Assembly: GCF_006345805.1 (NCBI RefSeq)
Contig: NC_043019.1
Span: 18,165,360 to 18,229,359 of the forward strand
Direction of reading: 5' to 3'
Source of the DNA: Octopus sinensis
Taxonomy: Eukaryota
DNA: 64,000 nt
The notes under the pieces are model-generated. The model had not been told where the DNA came from, searched no databases, and saw nothing but the letters and a program-made list of their open reading frames with translations. This document shows positions 56,454-64,000 of the stretch, in pieces. The position numbers and the translations under genes are program-made. Position 1 is the stretch's first letter. Every line of letters begins with the position of its first letter.

Positions 56454-58440
56454 TAAGGTGTTTGGGGGTGTAGGGGTATAGGTGAAGTAGTAAAGGTGAT
56501 GGCAGTATTGTTATTTTTGTTGTTGTTGTTGTTGTTGTTGTTGGTGGTGGTGGAAGGAGGTGGCAGTGCATAGGGCTGGTGGTTAGGTTTATGTGTCTGT
56601 AAGTGTTTGTCAGTCAAGTATCAGACTACTGCAACGGTAAGAACAACAGAAAAGAGAAGCAGGTTGTGTGAGCAGAGAGAGAGAAAGATATATATACACA
56701 GAGAGAGAGAGAGAGAGGGAGAGGGAGAGAGAGAGAGAGAGAGAGAGGAGTACGTTTCATTCAGGGTACCATGATTCATCTTCTATGTATAGTGCTGCAT
56801 TGTTGAGGGATACGGTCATTTCACACACACACACAATAATCTAACCTGATTATACACACTTACATATAAACACAGTCTCTCTCACACACACATAAATTAG
56901 CATGTACTCACACATATACACACAGCATACATTCACTCTTTCACAACATTGTTATACATTCTCTCTCTCTTTCACACACACACAGTCTTAAGAATTTTTA
57001 ACCCTACACACAAATCTCTATAAACATACATTTATATCTATATTTACACACACAACACACTCTTGTGTGTCTACAGCCATGTACCAGCTCATTCCGGTGT
57101 ATATATTCATACTAAATTACTTGTAAGTCTACTCCTGTAGCTTACTCATGCAGTTTGCAACAAACACACCATCCACCGGCTTTAAACACCAAATTTTTCT
57201 GACATCAATTTTCTGTCATATGAGCCAAACCTTCGTCTTCCCTGTGAATGTTGCAAACAACTACATCTATGAAGTAATCTTGTTACACTGCAAGTTGGTG
57301 TTAACATAATTAATGCAGAGAATATTGAAAAAGCTAACGAGAAAAACACATTAGACAGTGAAGAAGAGGAGAGGCAATATTTGTCATTCATTTGTTTTAC
57401 TTCTGTTTTTCTATGTTAGCATGGGTTAGGTGAGTATGTGATTGAGGCATTGCTTTTGTGATTTAGAGTTGGATGCCCTTCCCATCACCACTAACCCTTA
57501 GCTGTTTCTTAAGTGAAGAATTTCTTATTCCACATTTCTTCATGGGTGCAAAACCAGCAGATAATTTGTTGAGAGGGGAAATGACATCACCAGTTGTTGT
57601 TCAATTTTTGGAGAACAAATGCGAACACACAGACACGCATAAGTGGCTGCACACACACACCCACCCACCTAGATCACCTTCATCTTCATGGCATGGGTCA
57701 GGTAAGTCCAAGTCCCCTCCCCTCTACTAAGAGCCACTGACCTTAAAACATAGATGCTGGTATGTGCTATTTGGTTTGGTCTTTACACCTGGATGCCATT
57801 CCTAATGCCAATACTTTACAGAACGTTCTGGATGCCACTCGGTTGAATAATCTTTGGTGAGACAGGACTAGAGGGACCTCAAAGCCATACATCTTCTCCA
57901 TAGACTTGGGAACAGAGGGGTAGAGAGGAGCATTTGAAATGTTTTTGGTGGAGCAATGAAAATGCTTTGAACATCATCATTGCCAAAACAAACAAGTGTA
58001 GAAACATTTGGGGGGACTGATTTGGAACAGTATTTTTTTATTATTGGATTATCCGATTTAATTGATGTACAAATATTATCATTATTATTATCATTATCAT
58101 CATCATCATCATCATCATTATCATTATCATACCTGTGCTTGTTTTGATATTAAAATTGTAAAAAATCAATTTTGTTTGTAAGGCATTTTGGAGCTGGGTT
58201 TGCAGCCCCTAAGCAGGTTTCATTCTTGCACTTATGACCTTTGCTCATTCAGCCAACCCCTTTATAGAGAAAACAATAGATAGGGGTAGGAACCCTTGTA
58301 CATGATAATTGTAAATCTGGAGAGGGACAATAGTAACAGAAAGGTTAGCAATGGAGGTTGGGAGTTGGTGGTGGGGGTAATACGGGGGCGGGGTATAAAT
58401 GTAGATGTGGATAGTACTTTATAATGTAGGGTTCATTTGA

Positions 58441-58785
58441 TGAGGTGAATGCAGAGAGGGAAAGAAAGGCAGGGGATAGGTAGAGGGGGGGAGCCAGGGG
58501 AAGAGTGATTGGCAATGACAGAGGTATATGAAGAGTATAAAGGGGAAATTGGGTAAATGAGGAGTGGAGGGCATGATTGGAAATAACAGAAATGGTCAAA
58601 GAGAGTAATGTATGAGGTGAATGCACGAGAGGGGAAAGAAAGGCAGGGGATAGGTAGAGGGGGAGCCAGGGGGAAGAGTGATTGGCAATGACAGAGGTAT
58701 ATGAAGAGTATAAGGGGAAATGGGTAAATTGAGGAGTGGAGGGCATGATTGGAAATAACAGAAATGGTCAAAGAGAGTAATGTAT
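58441..58785. repeat. Tandem duplication, ~172 bp x2, purine-rich
   Basis: tgaggtgaatgca...gagagtaatgtat starts at 58441 and again at 58613. Confidence 0.9.
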
Positions 58786-59347
58786 AGAGCAGGGAAAGGA
58801 CTAGTTTAATGCAGCCTCCCATAGAAGCGAGGTGAGGTGAATCCGGTTTCCTCATAGTTTTATAATTGGTTTTTATCTGAAGAGTTTCTCATAGGAAATT
58901 CTTTCCATGTCTACCTAACATGCAAATCTTTGTGATTCCTATTGAGATATGAAACACGTGTAATGGAGAATAAACAATACCAAAAAATTTCCATTTTCCT
59001 ATTATATATATATATATACACACACACTAGACTACCGATGCAACTTGTATTTTTTCGTTGTCCAATCGAAGGTTAGAGTTTCTTTTCTTTCAGGGTTAAG
59101 AAGTTATTTTCGGAATATTTTTCCCATTATGCACCATTTTAGGTACTTATACCCCCAAACCCCCTAATATCTCAAAAACCACTCATTCTATTTATGTGAA
59201 ACTTGTTTTATTCCGTTTGTATTTACATTTCAAAGAGAACTTAATTCATAGTATTTTCCAATTATGTGCCAGTTTGGCTGGGTAACATTGCAAGCAAGAT
59301 TCAAGCTCACATTTAATGTATTATAGATATAGATATATATATATATA

Positions 59348-60786
59348 CACTAATCTACAAAAGAAATGTTGCACTGTAAAGGATTGCTTCACATACGGTA
59401 TTGAGATTATATTAATTTTATCACATTTCTTGGCAATTTGACACCAGGAAGATATCACTGACCCACAACAGCACTCTCTTTTGAAAACAAGGATTGCATG
59501 TAGGGTTCAAACTTACTCACTTTTCATGAACATGGTAATACTCACAAACACGTCTTTATGAAAAGCATAATGCACATGCAAACATTGACTCACTGGGTAT
59601 AAAAGGCACCCAAATCTACTATTCATTTCCCGAACGCAGCAAGCATGCCAAGACTGACACAGATTCAGAGGGAGTAAGCCACTGGATGTCTCCGTGCTGG
59701 TCAACACCCATGGGTCATTGCTAATGACTTGAACTGCAGACAATTGAGGGAACAATACAATGCCATAAATGATCGTCCACACAGTGACCGACCAAGGGTT
59801 ACAACGGCACATCAAGATCACCACCTGTACTGACAGCACTTGCAGGACCAATTCCAGAGGGCAACAGAATCAGCCTAGCAGACCAAAGGGACTCACCACA
59901 GACCATTTGCGCAGAGATAGTTTGCTGCCAGCTGAGATCTTTCAATCTGTCTTGTTGACATCCAGCTAGGGACCCCATCCTCACCAATCTCATCGAAAGG
60001 CACGTCTGCAGTAGGCTCAAAAACGTTAGAACTGGCGATATGAGCAATGGAGGACTCTAGTCTTCTCTGATGCATTTCTGTGGCAGATGGCAGAGCTAGG
60101 GTTTGGAGAAGAAGGGGTGAATGTCATGCTGATGAAGGGAGACTCACAGGGAGGACAGAGCATCATGGTATGGAGCAGGATTACACTCAACCAGAAACTT
60201 GGACCAGTGGTCTTCTAAAACATTGGGGCATTGGAGTAACCACTGCCTGCTACATCGACCAAGTGTTGAGGCCTCACATTGTGTCATACTTTACCCGTCA
60301 TCAGAATCACGTGTTCCAACATGACAACACCCGTGCCCATACTGCCAGGTTGACAACAGACTTCCTCCAACAGCACAACATCCAGACACTGCCCTAAGTC
60401 TGAACTTGAACCCATAGAGCACCTGTGAGACGAAATCCAAAGAAGGTTAAATGACATCCATCCAAGGTCGACAACTGCAGCACAATTCACTGCAAGTTTT
60501 GACAAAGTGTGGGCAGCTGTCCCCATGGCCTTCATCAATCATTTGATGCAGTCAATGTACAGAAGATGCCTGGTGGTAATCTACCCTAACGGTGGTCACG
60601 CAAGATATTGAGTTTATCTCTTTGGATCCAGGACACTCCGTCATCACGTGACACCATGTTTCAGGAAGTGATGTTTTATCATTAGGAAAGAACGGTTTCT
60701 TAATTAGCACACTTCACTCTGATGCTATGGCAGTCTGTTGATGAACCTGGTTCTATTTAGTTTACATTTCTTTTGTGGTTCAGTTT
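59348..60786 (+). mobile_element. Tc1-like DNA transposon, decayed
   Basis: Imperfect TIRs cact..acaaaagaaatgt / acatttcttttgt..agt. Motifs ADGRARVWRRRGE, YIDQVLRPHIV, VFQHDNTRAHTA, ELEPIEHL. Confidence 0.85.
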
Positions 60787-61370
60787 ATAATACTTTCACA
60801 AGAAGAGTGACAGTGACTTTGAAGTGTTGGCCTTTTCCTTGTATTGTTATTTCTACTTATCTGTTTTATGAACTCATCATTAAATGTGGTAACACTAGCT
60901 TAACTATTGCTTTTTCATGTAGATGGCATATAAGAGTAATTTAGTCAACATTTCCTTTAATCCTTTTGTTACCGTCTTTCTGTTGAAATCCATTGTCTTT
61001 GCTTTAGTTTGGAAAAGAATGAAGAATTGAGTAAGATGACTTTGTCCTCATTACTCAGCTGCTATTTGAAATATTAATTAACATGGACATTTTGATGGAA
61101 GAAGCTTTTAATTTAGATCACCTAAAATCAGGAAATTTATTTGATAAAAGCAAGGGTGGTCACAGATGGGTTGGCATTAAAATGGTTAAGTAAATTACTT
61201 GAATAAAATTTCCAAAAATCCATAATCTTGGGTATCACCATCACTGCCACCTCTCTTCTACCATCATACAAAGAAATCTCATTGTGATCACTTGTCTTGT
61301 TAGAAATAGTAGCCAAATGCTTCTCAGATCAAACATATCCATCTGAAGCAAGAAACGACAACATTATATA

Positions 61371-62009
61371 CCGTAAATCCTCGAGTATAATACACACCCC
61401 TTCTCTAACTTGAGTCAAGGAGGTCTATATAACGTCCTTGGTTTGTACAGGTTTAAGTCCTGCTTATAAAAAACCTTAGTAAAGACCCACAGTAGTTCAA
61501 ACATTTAATACTGGTATTTAATTATCTATTGTTTGCCATGGTAATGATGCAAACTGCCAATACAAACAGCAGGATGAACTATTTACCACTAAACTATTAA
61601 GCACAATTCATGCGTAATTAAGCCAGCAGCACCTAGTCAAACAAACACTTCAGTGCATGCGCAATACAATAATGGTGATGTTCTTAACTGTTATATGGGA
61701 ATGTAAATATGTTTGCTAATGTTTTTGTTACATGTTATTCTGTGTTCTGAATACTTTATTTTAATAAATGTTGCTTACTGCAAGTTAGGATGATTCTTTT
61801 ATGACTTCATTGCTTTCAGGCTTAGCTTAAGGTATTTTTGTGCCCGACATCACAAAATGTGTCTGAATAAATATTGCCGGACAGAAAATAGAGACTCGGA
61901 CATTGCTTAGAAAATATTTTTCATTTTTAACCTCGTATATAGTACACACTAGCTATTTTGAGCTTTAAATTTTGGGAAAAAAATGCGGTTTATACTCGAG
62001 GATTTACGG
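61371..62009. mobile_element. pogo/Tigger-like MITE
   Basis: Perfect 20 bp TIRs CCGTAAATCCTCGAGTATAA / TTATACTCGAGGATTTACGG with TA on both sides. No coding capacity. Confidence 0.88.
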
Positions 62010-62770
62010 TATTTCAAAAAAGACAGGAATTTCATAATTGAAATACTATTTATTGATCAAAGGCCTGCTTAATCAAGATTGTCCTTGGGTCAAACAACAC
62101 TATCAACTGAATGAAACATCATCATCATCATCATCAACAGTTTAACATCCACTCTTCCATGACTGCATGGGTCGGATGAAATTTGTTGAGGCAGATTTTC
62201 TATGGCTGGATACCTTTCCTTTCACTAACCTTTACCTGTTTCTAAGTGAGGTAATATTTCCCCAAGTTTTCAAGAAACAGGAGGGCAGCATTTCCAAGAT
62301 GGTGACACTGATGTCAAGACAAGGAGACAGTAACACACACACAAACATCATATATGTATCTATATCTAGTTTCCTTCTGCCATATTCAATCACAAGGCTT
62401 TGGGACCGTCAGGGGTTGTAGTAAAAACTTCTTAATTTTAGGCTCACCCATGTACCTATCTATCTATATGGTTAATAAACATATATCAGAAAGAATCACC
62501 CTCTAAAAAACAGAGCAGTAATTATTACAACAAAATTTCCTATAGAGTTACCCAAGATTTCGCACCCACAAAGCCAAAGCCTTGTAGACAACTTGTCAGA
62601 CTCTACAAAATTTTAAAATATCTGCGTCGCAGTTCCTCACGTCTGCGAGTTAAGCTCTTCTGAATCTATAAAGGGTTTTTCTCTCTGAATAAGGGAAAAT
62701 AACCTGTACTCATTAGCATTTTTTTTGTATTCCTCAAGAACATAGACATTTAAAAATTTTATTTACATAT

Positions 62771-63115
62771 AGGCGCAGGAGTGGCTGTGTGGTAAGTAGC
62801 TTGCTAACCAACCTCATGGTTCCGGGTTCAGTCCCACTGCATGGCATCTTGGGCAAGTGTCTTCTGCTATAGACCCGGGCCGACCAATGCCTTGTGAGTG
62901 GATTTGGTAGACGGAAACTGAAAGAAGCCTGTCGTATATATGTATGTGTGTTTGTCCCCCTAGCATTGCTTGACAACCGATGCTGGTGTGTTTACGTCCC
63001 CGTCACTTAGCGGTTCGGCAAAAAGAGACCGATAGTATAAGTCCCGGGGTCGATTTGCTCGACTAAAGGCGGTGCTCCATCATGGCTGCAGTCAAATGAC
63101 TGAAACAAGTAAAAG
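62771..63115 (+). mobile_element. tRNA-derived SINE (family A), near full length
   Basis: GGCGCAGGAGTGGCTGTGTGGTAAG head through GACTGAAACAAGTAAAAGA tail. Confidence 0.88.
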
Positions 63116-63134
63116 AGAGAAAGAGAAATATATA

Positions 63135-63430
63135 TTTTTTTTTGGAATATCAGCTTTCAATGTACATCGCATAAAACTATAAATAATAGCATATCAATAC
63201 TGGGTTGAAAACCCCTTTTGGATAGAAAAAGTCAAAGGCTGGAACCCACATCATTTGTAGACATGACAGGCATCCTACCATTGGGCCAAAGCAATCCTTT
63301 GAATTTGGGTTCAAGCCCCATGAGCAACATTTGACTTTTTTTTAAGTAAAACGGTTTTTCAACCCCATATTACCATGCCATTATTTGTAGTTTTGTGCAT
63401 ACTTTGGGGATCCAATTCCTAAAAAAAAAG
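63135..63430. mobile_element. Old foldback / MITE-like element
   Basis: Imperfect long arms: aaaactataaataat..gggttgaaaacc..aaaaagtcaaa pairs with tttgacttttt..ggtttttcaaccc..attatttgtagtttt. Confidence 0.55.
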
Positions 63431-63480
63431 GTGCATTTCCTGTTCTCTTGACTCTTTAATAATTCTTATGACATCAAATA

Positions 63481-63612
63481 CAGTTGTGGCCAAAAGTTTG
63501 CAACATTAGAATTTTTATATTAAATGCCCAAACTTATATTTGGTGAGAGATTATTTTAGGCAGAACAATTTTAATTAAAAGAAAAAAAGTTCAAAACTTT
63601 TGACCACAACTG
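63481..63612. mobile_element. Tc1/mariner-type MITE (132 bp)
   Basis: TA-CAGTTGTGGCCAAAAGTTT ... AAACTTTTGACCACAACTG-TA. Confidence 0.82.
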
Positions 63613-64000
63613 TATATACATGCAAACACACACGCACTTATATAGTGAATCAGCAGTTTTGAATGAATAACTCAGACACATGTATTGAGTACATTTTCTT
63701 TTGTTTGTACACTTAGGCATGTCATATATATATACATATATATATATATGTGCTCAAATGTACTCAATTGGTGCTCTAGGTTCAGTTTCTCCTCTAAGGT
63801 GACAAAAGACAGCGTGTCTCTGGTGGAGCGAAGGAGCAAGAAGAGAGTGAGAGAGAATTTGATTTTATCGTTGCTAAGAGTGAGGCAGGCATCGGAACAT
63901 TTAGTAAGACTTTGAAGCCGTAAGCAAGGCTGCCCCCCCACCCTTGCCATACTAATTATGTCACTTGAATAATAGAGTTTATCTTTCCCAGTGAGTCATT

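Noticed and set aside
62771-62850. Additional tRNA genes from A/B-box motifs (also 10440-10521, 15319-15370, 14530-14560)
   Set aside because: No complete cloverleaf. They are SINE heads or fragments.

Overview
Eukaryotic, AT-rich and repeat-dense window. The SINE/LINE/microsatellite landscape suggests a coleoid cephalopod, probably Octopus (inference). It contains two intact spliced genes on the minus strand. ELOF1 has 3 coding exons (213-7113, 83 aa) and is not recovered as a whole by the ORF track. A divergent beta-tubulin has 4 coding exons (18061-38187, 446 aa). There is also one tRNA-Phe(GAA) gene. The rest is mobile DNA and repeats: RTE-type LINE fragments, an R4/Dong-type element in TAA repeats, a HERO-type endonuclease fragment, Penelope-like elements with hammerhead ribozyme motifs, Tc1/mariner/pogo elements and MITEs, a non-autonomous Helitron, tRNA-derived SINEs and long microsatellites. 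The most notable observations are: (1) a ~1.9 kb intronic array of about 40 copies of ELOF1's own 5' splice-site sequence; (2) a minimal hammerhead ribozyme with an intact core, plus degenerate relatives; (3) a tRNA-Phe/SINE tandem bracketed by inverted repeats; (4) divergence in both lateral-contact loops of the beta-tubulin; (5) recurrent near-perfect foldback duplications. All coordinates were read by hand, and repeat boundaries are approximate.
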